A stretch of DNA of 48,610 nucleotides from Methanosarcinales archaeon (GTDB lineage: Archaea > Halobacteriota > Methanosarcinia > Methanosarcinales > Methanocomedenaceae), in the NCBI GenBank assembly GCA_014859725.1, contig JACUTQ010000002.1:1-48610 (forward strand). The letters are read 5' to 3'. A program made the translations under genes and the position numbers. Positions 8,882 through 22,135 of the stretch are shown piece after piece; within the stretch, counting starts at the first letter, position 1; each line of letters starts with the position of its first letter. Under the pieces are notes generated by a model. That model saw only the letters and a list, made by a program, of their open reading frames with translations, was not told where the DNA came from and made no database searches.

Positions 8882-9583
8882 TTGAATGACAGCATATTTC
8901 GATTGATCAAGCTTCCTGACCTTGTAACCCTGGTGAATGCACTGTTAGGTTTTACTGCCATCCTAATGGTTGTCCAGGATAATTCAAATACCTCCAATGC
9001 CTCGATCCTGATTGTAATGGCTGTGATTACAGACGGTATTGATGGTGCAATTGCCAGAAGATTAGAATATGGATTATTGGGCGAACAACTTGATTCACTG
9101 GCCGATATGATCTCATTTGGAGTTGCACCTGCTGTTATTGCATATTCTTTACTTGCAACACAATACCATTATTTGATCTGTATAGTTGGAGGGACATTCC
9201 TGGCCTGCGGCATTTTAAGACTGGCCAGGTTTAATGCTATCAATTATAAATCCGGATTCAGAGGTTTGCCCATTACAACATCTGGTCTTGCAGTTACATT
9301 ATATATACTAACATTCGAAGGACTTAACTTTAAGTTATTTTCCTATGGTCTCCTGGGATTAATGGTACTTCTTGGTGGATTGATGGTGAGCAGGGTACCA
9401 TATACAAAGATCAAAGATTTCAGGGTAATGTATTCAACTTTATTCTTATTATTATTGTTAATTGTATTTTTCTATTTAGGGGATCTAGAAAAAACACATG
9501 CAATAGCAGGTATTACGTGTATCCTGATTGGATTATACATTTTTAGTCCTGTTATGAAATTAAAAGAAATAATTAGAAAATGA
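8882..9583 (+). CDS. pssA: CDP-alcohol phosphatidyltransferase, archaetidylserine synthase-like
   Basis: The CDP-alcohol signature DGIDGAIARRLEYGLLGEQLDSLADMISF is present in a multi-TM protein. I prefer TTG 8882, 1 nt after the psd stop and behind AAAGGTGA, over the longer 8837 ORF. Confidence 0.8.
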   Translation: MNDSIFRLIKLPDLVTLVNALLGFTAILMVVQDNSNTSNASILIVMAVITDGIDGAIARRLEYGLLGEQLDSLADMISFGVAPAVIAYSLLATQYHYLICIVGGTFLACGILRLARFNAINYKSGFRGLPITTSGLAVTLYILTFEGLNFKLFSYGLLGLMVLLGGLMVSRVPYTKIKDFRVMYSTLFLLLLLIVFFYLGDLEKTHAIAGITCILIGLYIFSPVMKLKEIIRK

Positions 9584-9634
9584 AGCTTGTCCTTTTATAA
9601 TGATCACATAAACAATAGATAAAGTGATGTAATT

Positions 9635-10306
9635 ATGAGCACTTCACTATTTCCGGATGACCTTTCAACTCCATCCCTTATCCATGCACAGGAACTGGTC
9701 AGAAAGAAGGTCATCTTATATGATGATTATCCTGATCTTGCTATTGTGGGTGGTGTGGATCAGGCATTCTATAAAAACAACATTATATCCGGTATTGTGG
9801 TAATTGATTATGGATCATTGGAGATTATTGAGGAAGTTTATCATCAAGACACTGCTCAATATCCTTACATTCCCACTTTTCTTTCCTTCAGGGAAGGGCC
9901 AGCCATCACATCTGCCTTCTCCAAATTGAACCATGAACCAGATATCCTGATGGTAGATGGATGCGGAATCAACCATCCCCGGGGCGCCGGGCTTGCCACT
10001 CATGTGGGAGTGGCATTGGACTTACCTACCATCGGAGTAGCAAAGAATATATTATGCGGAGAGGGAGATGAGCCGATACAGGTCGGGGACGTGAATCCTT
10101 TGATGTTCAAAGCACAGCAGGTGGGCTGGCTCATCAAATCATGCCAGAGGTGCAGGTCCATTGTGGTAGCACCAGGTCACCGGGTGAGCATGAAAGGATC
10201 ACTTGAGATAACTCAGAATATGTTAAAAGGTCACAAACTGCCTGAACCGTGCTTTCTTGCCCACAATTATGTAAACAGAATTAAGAAAACAATAAAGCAC
10301 AATTAA
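9635..10306 (+). CDS. nfi: Endonuclease V
   Basis: The 223-aa ORF carries VGGVDQAF.., FREGPAI.., VDGCGINHPRGAGLATHVGVALDLPTIGVAK, which is the EndoV pattern. Confidence 0.85.
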   Translation: MSTSLFPDDLSTPSLIHAQELVRKKVILYDDYPDLAIVGGVDQAFYKNNIISGIVVIDYGSLEIIEEVYHQDTAQYPYIPTFLSFREGPAITSAFSKLNHEPDILMVDGCGINHPRGAGLATHVGVALDLPTIGVAKNILCGEGDEPIQVGDVNPLMFKAQQVGWLIKSCQRCRSIVVAPGHRVSMKGSLEITQNMLKGHKLPEPCFLAHNYVNRIKKTIKHN

Positions 10307-10329
10307 ATCATCCTGAGATCGAGATTTCA

Positions 10330-11721
10330 ATGAACGAAAATCCTAATTATAAATGGAAGGCCATGTTCGTGGTTTCTATCGGAGTGTTCATGGCCACTCT
10401 TGACAGCAGTATCATAAATATTTCATTGCCTACATTAACAAAATACTTCCTGACTGATATTACCACTATTCAATGGGTGATACTTTCATATTTATTGACC
10501 ATAACGGCCCTGCTGCTCACCCTGGGACGGATTTCGGATATGTATGGCCGAAAACCCGTATTTATTCTTGGTCTCTTGATCTTTACATTGGGGTCCGGGC
10601 TATGCAGTTTTTCTGCTACAGCTGGCCAGTTGATCGCATTTCGTGTAGTACAGGGTCTGGGAGCCGCCATGATCATGGCCAATGGTCCGGCAATTATCAC
10701 GCATGTCTTCCCCCATACAGAACGAGGCAAGGCTTTGGGACTAATAGGTACTGTGGTGAGCATCGGTTTTATGGCAGGACCGGCACTTGGCGGTTTCTTG
10801 ATAGGCTGGATAGGCTGGCAGAGTATTTTTTATATCAATATCCCGATCGGTTTATTGGGAACGGTTTATGCTTTAAAGACGTTACATCCGGATGAGGTTC
10901 AAGCTGAACAGAAATTCGATGTTCTGGGTGCTGTTTTTATGTTCATTAGCCTGACTGCACTGCTTTTGGGAATTACCCAGGGAGAGGAACTGAGATGGGG
11001 ATCTCTGGAGATATTAGGATTATTTATTCTTTTTACTGTATTTTTACTGTTGTTCTTAATCGTGGAAAACAGAACCAGTCAGCCTATGGTTGAACTGTCT
11101 CTTTTCAGGAACAGACCGTTTTCAGCTTCAAATATGAGCGGTTTCCTCAGTTTCGTGGCAATGTCTGGCGTAACTCTTCTCATCCCTTATTATTTGGAGA
11201 ATATATTAGGCTACAATATCACGCATGTAGGTGTGATATATATGGCAATTCCTCTGGTCATGGCATTGGTGGCACCTGTCAGCGGCTGGATTTCTGATAA
11301 GACGAATTCATTCAAACTTAGCAGTGCTGGGATGGGTATCACAAGTCTGGCCCTGTGGCTTATTAGCGATCTGGGGATGGGGTCGAGTTTCTATGATATT
11401 ATTATCAGGCTTGCTCTTGTTGGTTTAGGTATGGGATTATTCCAATCCCCAAATAACAGTATAGTCATGGGAGCTGTGCCCAAAAACAGGCTTGGTATAG
11501 CAGGAGGCATGCTTGCAATGGTCCGCAATCTTGGAATGGTAACCGGTATTGCCATCGCTGGAGTAATATTTACCAGAAGCTCCCAAACCCTTAAGACCGC
11601 TGGATTTACCCCAGAATCGGCATTTTTAGGTGGGTTTCATGATGCCCTTATGGTAGCCGCACTTATTTGTGGTATTGGTGTTTTGACCTCACTGGTAAGA
11701 GGTAAATTAAAATACAATTAA
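10330..11721 (+). CDS. MFS transporter, DHA2 (EmrB/QacA-like, 14-TM) type
   Basis: The 463-aa ORF has many TM helices and the MFS motifs LGRISDMYGRKPV and FRVVQGLGAAMIMA. Confidence 0.85.
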   Translation: MNENPNYKWKAMFVVSIGVFMATLDSSIINISLPTLTKYFLTDITTIQWVILSYLLTITALLLTLGRISDMYGRKPVFILGLLIFTLGSGLCSFSATAGQLIAFRVVQGLGAAMIMANGPAIITHVFPHTERGKALGLIGTVVSIGFMAGPALGGFLIGWIGWQSIFYINIPIGLLGTVYALKTLHPDEVQAEQKFDVLGAVFMFISLTALLLGITQGEELRWGSLEILGLFILFTVFLLLFLIVENRTSQPMVELSLFRNRPFSASNMSGFLSFVAMSGVTLLIPYYLENILGYNITHVGVIYMAIPLVMALVAPVSGWISDKTNSFKLSSAGMGITSLALWLISDLGMGSSFYDIIIRLALVGLGMGLFQSPNNSIVMGAVPKNRLGIAGGMLAMVRNLGMVTGIAIAGVIFTRSSQTLKTAGFTPESAFLGGFHDALMVAALICGIGVLTSLVRGKLKYN

Positions 11722-11786
11722 ATTGAATATTTGTATAGGGTTTCCCTGTATATTGGGAATAATTAATATTGAAAGGAGGGTTAATT

Positions 11787-12688
11787 ATGGTAGATTCACA
11801 GATATTGAATAGTATATATGGAATGATTGATCAGTTCATTGCCTTTATTCCGGTTTTGGTCGCAGTCATCATTCTATTAATTTTAGGATTGTTTTTAGGA
11901 AAATTATTTGGTAAGATTGGATCAAGAATCCTGGACAAAATCGGCCTTGACGATCTAATTAACAAAACCATGATCGGAGATATAGTACTGTCGGATTTTT
12001 CGGTGCTGTAATCAAATGGTTTATTTATCTGATCTTTGCAGTGATCATTATTGAGCTGTTAGATATACAAGTGGTTGCTGAATTTATTACAACGCTAATT
12101 CAATACATTCCTCTTATTATTACTGCTTTAATAGTATTGATTATTGGATTATTACTAGTTGATTTTATATCAGGCTTAATTAAAAATGTACTAATTGCCA
12201 CAGGTATTGATGATCAGATAGTGAAAAGTGATATTGGAAAGCCCCTATCTGCAAGCGGGTTGACCCCATCATCCATAATAGCAGGATTGGTTAAATTATT
12301 TGGATACCTGCTATTTATCACAGCATCTGTAGAGATCCTGCAGTTTAACATGATAACAAATTTCATGATCCAGGTAATGAACTACCTGCCAAGTCTTTTC
12401 ACTGGTATAATCATATTAATCATAGGAATGCTAGCAATAGACTTCTTTATGGATTATATCAGTTCCATAATGAAAGGCATGAAGGTAGAAGGTGCCGATG
12501 TGTTTACACCATTATTAAAAGGATTTTTGTTCATCATCATCATCCTGATGGCCCTGGATGTCATGCTGGTGAATACCAGCATATTCTATATATTCCTGGG
12601 ACCATTGGCCTGGGGATTCGCCATAGTAGTGGCATTTAGATGGGGAGTAAAAGAGGCGGTTGTTGCATACGCACAATTTAAAAAATAG
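11787..12688 (+). pseudogene. Membrane protein built of repeated 'conserved TM helix' modules, interrupted by a frameshift in a T5 run
   Basis: AGGAGG precedes ATG 11787. The module (..IP.L..A..IL.IG..L......L...GID..) occurs once before and twice after the break. Frame 1 stops at 12011, but the downstream frame is already open from the T5 run at 11996-12000 (..FFGAVIKWFIYLIFAVIIIELL..). Adding one T fuses the two ORFs. Confidence 0.6.
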
Positions 12689-12745
12689 GCCTCTTTTCCT
12701 TTTTTTTTCACGTGGGATTTAGTTAATCAAAAATTAATAAGATCC

Positions 12746-15393
<2,648 letters not shown>

Positions 15394-15473
15394 TTACTGG
15401 CTTAAAAGCATATTGGTTTTATTCTGATCTCTGACCAAGGATAAAGCAGACGCATTAAATAAGATTATAGATA

Positions 15474-15481
15474 TTTATATA
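15474..15481. promoter_or_regulatory. Possible shared TATA element in the mer / tlyA divergent intergenic region
   Basis: TTTATATA is near-palindromic and reads as a TATA box on both strands. It lies about 45 nt upstream of the tlyA ATG and about 115 nt upstream of the mer ATG. This is a position-only argument. Confidence 0.3.
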
Positions 15482-15524
15482 AAATTAATGACATTATTAT
15501 GAAAGTATTGAAACCGGGCGTATT

Positions 15525-16202
15525 ATGAGACTGGATTCCTTTTTAGTTGAATTGGGGAAAGTAGCAAGCAGGAGCAGGGCAAAGCAGGCCATCATTGAAG
15601 GTGGTGTAAGAGTTGACGGCAAACCTGTAAACAAACCCTCCAAACAGGTGAGTTATTCAAATAAGATCGAGGTTGTTAAAAACATTGATGTGCCAGCAGG
15701 ATACCTGAAACTAAAATCCATTCAGGATACGACAAATATTATTCATCCAGGGGACTATGTACTGGACCTGGGTTCCAGTGCAGGAGGTTTCCTTCAGTAC
15801 GCATCAGAGATTGCCGCACGTGTAAAAGGTATCGAATACAGTAATGATTTCATACACTTGCTTGAAGAATTGTCAGCTTCCAGGAATAATATCACAATAA
15901 TGAAAGGTGATGTGTTCACTATGCCAATATCTGAAATGTCTGAAAAGCCAGTAGATGTGATCCTGAATGATATTACTGTAGCACCAGAGGATTCTATCAA
16001 AGTGCTTGAAAAAGTGCTGCCTTTATTAAAACCGGATGGACGACTTTTGCAGGTATTAAAACTTTCAAACAGATCGGGACATGATAATTACCTGAGCAGG
16101 ATAAAAGAACTGGAACTTACGATAAAGCATGTAATCGAGCCGCAAAAGAGAGAAATATATGTGGTAGCAGTGCGTAACCAAGACAGCGAGGCGAACCAAT
16201 AA
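15525..16202 (+). CDS. tlyA: TlyA-family RNA 2'-O-methyltransferase (S4 domain + FtsJ-like domain)
   Basis: The N-terminal S4-like MRLDSFLVELG..SRSRAKQAIIEGGVRVDGKPVNKPS is followed by the SAM motif VLDLGSSAGGF. Confidence 0.75.
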   Translation: MRLDSFLVELGKVASRSRAKQAIIEGGVRVDGKPVNKPSKQVSYSNKIEVVKNIDVPAGYLKLKSIQDTTNIIHPGDYVLDLGSSAGGFLQYASEIAARVKGIEYSNDFIHLLEELSASRNNITIMKGDVFTMPISEMSEKPVDVILNDITVAPEDSIKVLEKVLPLLKPDGRLLQVLKLSNRSGHDNYLSRIKELELTIKHVIEPQKREIYVVAVRNQDSEANQ

Positions 16203-17002
16203 TGGCAAATCTATGCACCATTTGTGGAAAAAAAGAGATGCTGCCATACAAATGCAAATTCTGTGGGTGGACATACTGCTCTGAACACCGCCTGCCAGAG
16301 AATCATGATTGTATTGGTCTTGAAAAATTTAAAGAACATTCAAAAGAAAGCGGAAAGATCATTTACCAGCCGGTTTCAGAGACATTCAGAAAGCGAAAAA
16401 TTGGACTTCCATTTTTTGAACGAAGGTCAAAATCTCCTTATGCAATTCCCATATCCAGGAATTATTCCATTTACCTTATTATAATTTCAGTTGTGATGTT
16501 CTTTCTTCAATTATTGATTCCTGGTTTTACCAATTTATTTTTGTTAATTCCTCAATTAATCATTAACCGTCCCTGGACTATAGTTACATACATGTTTCTA
16601 CATGGAGGAACTCGCCACATATTAATTAATATGTTGGTATTGTTCTTTTTTGGCCCTACACTTGAGAGAAAGATCGGCAGTATAAAATTCCTGCAGGTAT
16701 ATTTTGGTGCGGGACTGTTATCTGCTATCGGACATATGATCCTCTCCCCTTCACCAGTGCTTGGTGCAAGCGGAGCAATATACGGGATTTTTGCATGCCT
16801 GGCAGTTCTTGACCCTGAAATAAGGGTATATTTCTTTCCAATGAAAATTATAAATGCGTTGATATTATTCAGTCTATATGATCTCTTATTTATTGGTGCC
16901 GACGATATGATCGCACATGGCGCTCACCTGTCCGGACTACTGTTCGGGCTTTATATGGCATTTAAACTAAAGAAGGAAGGTTCAATCTATTCACCATGGT
17001 GA
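16202..17002 (+). CDS. Rhomboid-family intramembrane serine protease with an N-terminal AN1-type zinc finger
   Basis: The AN1-like region is CTICGKKEMLPYKCKFCGWTYCSEHRLPENHDC. Rhomboid motifs are HGGTRHILINM, GASGAIYG (catalytic Ser) and AHGAHLSG (His). The start overlaps the tlyA stop (TAATG). Confidence 0.85.
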   Translation: MANLCTICGKKEMLPYKCKFCGWTYCSEHRLPENHDCIGLEKFKEHSKESGKIIYQPVSETFRKRKIGLPFFERRSKSPYAIPISRNYSIYLIIISVVMFFLQLLIPGFTNLFLLIPQLIINRPWTIVTYMFLHGGTRHILINMLVLFFFGPTLERKIGSIKFLQVYFGAGLLSAIGHMILSPSPVLGASGAIYGIFACLAVLDPEIRVYFFPMKIINALILFSLYDLLFIGADDMIAHGAHLSGLLFGLYMAFKLKKEGSIYSPW

Positions 17003-17058
17003 GTCGCAAAATATAATATGGTCCAGGTTGAATAGCAAATTGCAGGAGCATTACAATT

Positions 17059-17715
17059 ATGGCGAAAAAAAAGAAAAAAGGAAAAGCAGAAAAAGAGCCA
17101 GCAGTTAGCCCCAAGTCTAAGATCATATTCCCATTTTATTCAAACGAAAGATGGAACAACTGGATAGAACAGGTCAAAGAAAGTGGGTTTGAACTCAAGG
17201 AAGATGATGAGGATGCGGGAAAATCAGGTGAGATATTTGTCAACATGGGAGATGATATCATACTTGCATGCTTGAAACTAATCGCTAAATTCGATAGTAA
17301 AGAACTCTCACTGGATGGGGCCTTCGATGCATTGACTGAGATCCGGGACGTTGTGTTAAAACCCCTCGATCCAATAAGTGAATCCATAGACCTTATGGTC
17401 GATTCATTGCAGACCTCACTTATCGGTGTGTTTGCCTCCTGCGAATATTATATCGAAAAAGGTGCCGATAATTCTGTTGATCTGGTTGAACTTGTTAAAA
17501 ATGCTGTTTCTTCAGAAGAGAAGAATGACCCCGGTGCGGCCCTTAGTTATATTGCAGTCCTTGGAGCCAACGTTTTGAAAGGGGCTGAGATATCAGATGA
17601 AATGATATCGGATATTCCGTATGGTCTGGTGGCAGAATGGATGGACGGTCTGGATTCATTGGCAGCAGCCATGATGGGGGATGACAGTTACAAATTCGAC
17701 GAACCTGATGAATAA
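17059..17715 (+). CDS. Hypothetical acidic cytoplasmic protein (Lys-rich N-terminus, Asp/Glu-rich body)
   Basis: This is a 218-aa ORF in a clean gene slot with coding-like composition. I recognised no motif. It may belong to an archaeal DUF family. Confidence 0.55.
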   Translation: MAKKKKKGKAEKEPAVSPKSKIIFPFYSNERWNNWIEQVKESGFELKEDDEDAGKSGEIFVNMGDDIILACLKLIAKFDSKELSLDGAFDALTEIRDVVLKPLDPISESIDLMVDSLQTSLIGVFASCEYYIEKGADNSVDLVELVKNAVSSEEKNDPGAALSYIAVLGANVLKGAEISDEMISDIPYGLVAEWMDGLDSLAAAMMGDDSYKFDEPDE

Positions 17716-17756
17716 TAACGATCTTTTCAGGTTTTAATATTTAAAGGTAGGATACT

Positions 17757-18719
17757 GTGCTGCTTCATAATATCCTGGAACTTTCCGAGGATGAGAACTT
17801 ATTTTTACCGGAAGATGGCTGCAGCAGTCTAAATGAACTTAACCAGACTCTGGGGTTCATGCACCAGATCATAGAATCAGGAGAGGTGAACTCAGAGATT
17901 CGGGTATTGAAGACACAGGAGGATGAGATTGTATGCCTGGCGATTTTTAATTCTGAAACAAAAGAATATCCTGCTTTCTGGGCAATATTCACCAATCAGG
18001 TGGCAAGAAACGGCATTCGATCTCCTGCTGCAGAACATTTTTCCAGTTTGGCTGAGAAAATAATTAATCCTGTTAATTCCCTGAAAACGATGAAAACCAC
18101 ATCAGAGGAATTGGACACTGCTCTAAGAGAATATTTTTCTATAAACCTTGTTAATCGCCAGTTATGCGATGGGTGCGTAAAGGGGCCTGAAACATATGAG
18201 ATGGTATTTTTTGAGAACCGGGTTCTAAGACTCGTTGAACTCTTCGGAAAATTGGGCAGTAGATTTGATACTTCGGGTCAGGTTCTGGAAATATGCTGCG
18301 GGAATGGGATGGCAACCATGTCGCTGGAAAAACTGGGCATCTTTCCTTTGACAACAGATTATGACCGCTGCGAAATATGCCAGGGACTTGAGCATATGGT
18401 GTTGAAACCTGAACGCTCGGTTGTGATGGATGCTACAAGGTTAACACATTTCTTTTCAGAGGATTCCTTTGATTCGGTTATCGGATTCATGCTCGGGACC
18501 ATATACGTTTTCAATAAAGATATCTGGATAACCATTATGAGGGAGTCCATGAAAGTGGTCAAGCCTGGTGGACAGCTGTTGTTCACTGTTAACAAGCGGG
18601 AAGAAATGGATATCTTAAAAGAGGTGCTGGACAGCTTAGGGGCAGTGGGTGAATTGATTGACAACACTGATAATAACGGGATATATGATCAGTGGGTATA
18701 CCTGGGACAGAAGCGTTAA
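17757..18719 (+). CDS. Class I SAM-dependent methyltransferase with an uncharacterised N-terminal domain of about 170 aa
   Basis: The start is GTG. Motif I VLEICCGNGMATMSL is followed by DSVIGFML and VKPGGQLLFTV in the C-terminal half. Confidence 0.6.
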   Translation: MLLHNILELSEDENLFLPEDGCSSLNELNQTLGFMHQIIESGEVNSEIRVLKTQEDEIVCLAIFNSETKEYPAFWAIFTNQVARNGIRSPAAEHFSSLAEKIINPVNSLKTMKTTSEELDTALREYFSINLVNRQLCDGCVKGPETYEMVFFENRVLRLVELFGKLGSRFDTSGQVLEICCGNGMATMSLEKLGIFPLTTDYDRCEICQGLEHMVLKPERSVVMDATRLTHFFSEDSFDSVIGFMLGTIYVFNKDIWITIMRESMKVVKPGGQLLFTVNKREEMDILKEVLDSLGAVGELIDNTDNNGIYDQWVYLGQKR

Positions 18720-18878
18720 TAACTGGAACTATATATCGATTTATTCTTTTTTAATTCGTACTGTTGGTAAGAACAAGATTTTCAACACATCTTCAATTTG
18801 AATTCAATACCATAGCCTTAAACAAAATCCTTATTTAATCTAAACAGTATCTCATACCAAAATTACGGTGACAATATT

Positions 18879-20780
18879 ATGCAGATACTACTCATCCATT
18901 CAGATTATATAGAATATGAGGTCAAAAAAGAAACTCCCGTGGCTGAGAAGATAGAGGATGAAATGCGCCATGGCAGACTTGACGAAGCTCTCACAGTGTT
19001 TATAGCAGTTGAAAAAGCAGATGAATCAGACCCTGAAAAAGCTGTCAATCTAACTCTTGAAGAGATAAAAAAGGTGGCAGCACAGGTAAAAGCTGAAAAT
19101 ATCATGCTCTATCCTTACGCCCATCTCAGCAGTTCCCTGTCTTCGCCAAAAGTAGCAGTCAAAGTCTTAAAGGACCTGGAAGCCGCCTTGAAGGATGAGT
19201 TCAATGTTAAGCGGGCACCATTCGGATTTTACAAGGCCTTTGAAATTAAATGTAAAGGTCATCCATTGTCTGAACTTTCCAGAACCATCAAGGTTGATGA
19301 ATCTGCAGAAACGACAGCTACTCCCGGCAAAGAGAAAGAAGAAGTGATAAGCGAGGCCATCAAAGCCGAGGAAAAAGCAAAATCATACTGGCATATCCTG
19401 ACCCCTGACGGGGAATTGCACAGCTTTGAGGATTTTGATTTTTCAGGCCATGACAACCTTAGTAAGTTCAGGGACTATGAAGTATCTAAAAGTCGTGCCG
19501 TGGACCGCACACCTCCCCACGTGGAACTGATGAGGCGGCTTGAGATCGCTGATTATGAACCGGGAAGTGATAGCGGTAACATGCGTTTCTATCCCAAGGG
19601 TCGTCTTATCAAAAGTTTGCTCGAGACCTATGTGCTGGACAGGGCGGCGGCAATGGGAGCTATGGAAGTGGAAACTCCGATCATGTATGACATGAATCAC
19701 CCTACCCTGAAAAAATACCTGGACCGCTTTCCGGCCAGGCAGTATTCCATTGATGCAGACAAGAAGAGTCTGTTCCTGCGCTTCGCCGCATGTTTCGGTC
19801 AGTTCCTTATGAACCACGATATGACCATATCCTACAGGGACCTGCCCCTGAAGATGATCGAGATGACCCGCTACAGTTTCCGTAAGGAACAGAGTGGGGA
19901 GCTGGTAGGCTTAAGGCGTCTTCGTGCTTTTACCATGCCAGATATGCACACCCTTGCTGGTGAAATGGAGCAAGCCATAATTGAGTTCAGACAGCAGTAT
20001 GATATGTGTATCAGCGTGTTGAATGACATGGGCCTGGGACTTGATGATTATGAGGTAGCCATTCGGTTTACTCGCGATTTCTATGAGGAAAACAAGGAAT
20101 TCATAACAGAACTGGCCCGTACAGTTAATAAACCGGTAATTATCGAGATGTGGGACCAGCGATTCTTTTATTTCGTACTTAAATTCGAATTCAATTACAT
20201 TGATGCCCTGGATAAAGCCAGTGCACTATCAACGGTCCAGATCGATGTAGAGAATGCAGAACGGTACGATATCAGTTACATTGACCAGGACGGGGAGGCA
20301 AAGCGTCCCACTATTCTGCATTGCTCGCCCAGCGGCGCTATTGAGCGTATAATCTATGGACTGCTTGAGAAGAACTATATGCGGACCGAGGCAGGAGGAG
20401 TGCCCATGTTCCCGGTGTGGTTGTCACCAACCCAGGTCAGGGTGATCCCCATAGCAGACAGGCACAGGGAAGCGGCAGAGGAGGTGGCCATGATGCTGGG
20501 TTGCAGGGTGGATATTGATGACAGGGACGAGAGCGTGGGTAAAAAGGTACGAGACGCAGGTATGGAATGGATCCCTTATGTTGCGGTGCTTGGTGACGAA
20601 GAATTTGAAAAGGGTGAACTGACCGTTACCATCCGCTCAGAAAGTGAACCAAAGAAACCGAAGCAGGTAAAAATTAAGCCCTGGGACCTGTCTGCCAGGA
20701 TACAGGCCGAAACTGCCGGACTGCCCTATAAAGGATTGGCATTGCCTGTGCATCTGTCAACCAGACCAAAATTCATTTAA
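18879..20780 (+). CDS. thrS: Threonine--tRNA ligase, archaeal type with N-terminal editing domain
   Basis: The 633-aa ORF starts [15 protein letters not shown] (archaeal editing domain). Class II core motifs [10 protein letters not shown] and [14 protein letters not shown] are present, followed by an anticodon-binding C-terminus. Confidence 0.95.
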   Translation: MQILLIHSDYIEYEVKKETPVAEKIEDEMRHGRLDEALTVFIAVEKADESDPEKAVNLTLEEIKKVAAQVKAENIMLYPYAHLSSSLSSPKVAVKVLKDLEAALKDEFNVKRAPFGFYKAFEIKCKGHPLSELSRTIKVDESAETTATPGKEKEEVISEAIKAEEKAKSYWHILTPDGELHSFEDFDFSGHDNLSKFRDYEVSKSRAVDRTPPHVELMRRLEIADYEPGSDSGNMRFYPKGRLIKSLLETYVLDRAAAMGAMEVETPIMYDMNHPTLKKYLDRFPARQYSIDADKKSLFLRFAACFGQFLMNHDMTISYRDLPLKMIEMTRYSFRKEQSGELVGLRRLRAFTMPDMHTLAGEMEQAIIEFRQQYDMCISVLNDMGLGLDDYEVAIRFTRDFYEENKEFITELARTVNKPVIIEMWDQRFFYFVLKFEFNYIDALDKASALSTVQIDVENAERYDISYIDQDGEAKRPTILHCSPSGAIERIIYGLLEKNYMRTEAGGVPMFPVWLSPTQVRVIPIADRHREAAEEVAMMLGCRVDIDDRDESVGKKVRDAGMEWIPYVAVLGDEEFEKGELTVTIRSESEPKKPKQVKIKPWDLSARIQAETAGLPYKGLALPVHLSTRPKFI

Positions 20781-20853
20781 TGTGAGGATTTTCGTTTTTC
20801 TAATGGAAAGGCTTTTAATTGAGTAACGATTACAGAAGGCTACATTTCACAAT

Positions 20854-20931
20854 GGGACAGTAGGGTAGCCTGGCCGATCCTCGAGCGTTTGGGACGCTTG
20901 GACCGCGGTTCGAATCCGCGCTGTCCCACCA
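20854..20931 (+). tRNA. tRNA-Pro (anticodon UGG) with genomically encoded CCA
   Basis: The sequence folds as a cloverleaf. The acceptor stem is GGGACAG/CUGUCCC and the D-loop AGCCUGGCCGA. The anticodon stem GAGCG/CGCUU carries loop UUUGGGA. The T-arm is CGCGG-UUCGAAU-CCGCG, followed by discriminator A and CCA. Confidence 0.85.
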
Positions 20932-20945
20932 TTGATTCATCTGTC

Positions 20946-20964
20946 TTTTTCTGATTATTTTTTT
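20946..20964 (+). terminator. Oligo-T tracts downstream of tRNA-Pro (archaeal-type terminator)
   Basis: A T5 run (20946-20950) and a T7 run (20958-20964) lie within 35 nt of the tRNA 3' end. Confidence 0.4.
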
Positions 20965-21015
20965 CCCAAATCGCAAATGACCGATATTGTTTCGATATTT
21001 TTCAAATATAACACC

Positions 21016-22041
21016 TCAATCAATTATTCCAAAAATGAATCCTGAAATTGTTGCCGCCACGATCACAAGCGAGATATAAAGAACTGTTTTTCTGGTACCC
21101 ATGATCCTGGCTATCACCAGCATATTTGGAAGGCTGAGTGCCGGGCCTGCCAGCAGCATTGTAAGGGCCGGTCCCCTTCCCATTCCCAGCTTTGTCAAAG
21201 CACTGATAATGGGCACTTCGGTAAGTGTTGAAAAGTACATTAACGCACCCGAGACCGAGGCTATCAAATTAGAGGAAATACTGTTCCCTCCAACCAGCGC
21301 AGCCACCAATGAGCCGGGCAGCAGTTCTACAATAACCCCGGCCATGAACACGCCTACTAACAGTAGCGGAGTGATCTGTTTAACCAGGAACCAGGTCTCT
21401 TGCATCCAGTGCTTTAACTCTTCATGGCTGTACCAGCGCCAGGAAAGAACAATTGTCAAAAGCACAATTAATAACACACCAGCTTTTCCAATTAGTGTTT
21501 GAACCGTACCTGCAAATACCAGTATGGCTACCAGAAGCAGGAAAATTATTGTAGTCTTCAGGTGTTTATCATCTCCTGAAAAACTGAAATTTGACTTATT
21601 TTTCTTCTTCTCAAATACAACCGACATGACCAAACCGATAATAATGGACAGTCCTATAGCTGCAATGGCTCTGGCAGCCCCGATATCCAGACCCAGTATC
21701 TGGGCAGTATATACAATAGCCAGCAAATTGATGGCGGGAGCTGAATACAGGAAGGTAGTAGCTGGGCCGATCCCTGCTCCCCTCTTGTAGATCCCGGCAA
21801 ATAAAGGCAGGACAGTGCAGCTGCATACCGCTAATAGTATTCCACTTACTGCGGCTACTGAATAGGTGATGTATTTTGGGGAATCAGCACCAAAATATTT
21901 TAGTATTGATTCTCTGGAAAATAGGGAGGCAATGGCACCTGCCAGAAAAAAAGCCGGCACCAGGCACAGGATTACATGAAGGGCCAGATATTCTTTCAAA
22001 GCATTGATACCTGCATAGAATAATATGTCTACACTCATCAT
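21016..22041 (-). CDS. Permease of the COG0701 / DUF318 (ArsP-like) family
   Basis: The 341-aa polytopic protein has the characteristic AVCSCTVLPLFAGIYKRGAGIGPATTFLYSAPAINLLAI segment. Confidence 0.75.
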   Translation of the reverse strand: MMSVDILFYAGINALKEYLALHVILCLVPAFFLAGAIASLFSRESILKYFGADSPKYITYSVAAVSGILLAVCSCTVLPLFAGIYKRGAGIGPATTFLYSAPAINLLAIVYTAQILGLDIGAARAIAAIGLSIIIGLVMSVVFEKKKNKSNFSFSGDDKHLKTTIIFLLLVAILVFAGTVQTLIGKAGVLLIVLLTIVLSWRWYSHEELKHWMQETWFLVKQITPLLLVGVFMAGVIVELLPGSLVAALVGGNSISSNLIASVSGALMYFSTLTEVPIISALTKLGMGRGPALTMLLAGPALSLPNMLVIARIMGTRKTVLYISLVIVAATISGFIFGIID

Positions 22042-22135
22042 TTCAAAATATATTGAAATACTCGTATTTAAGCATATTTGAAATGCCTTGCTGGAAAAAT
22101 ATTTAATTTTTCAAAATTATGCTTGTTCAGGGAAA

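Noticed and set aside
8267-12000. Programmed ribosomal frameshifting at a shared GGATTTTT motif (8264-8271 in psd, 11993-12000 in the TM-repeat gene).
   Set aside because: The two sites need opposite corrections, loss of one T versus gain of one T, so a common recoding mechanism is unlikely. Homopolymer indels are the simpler explanation.
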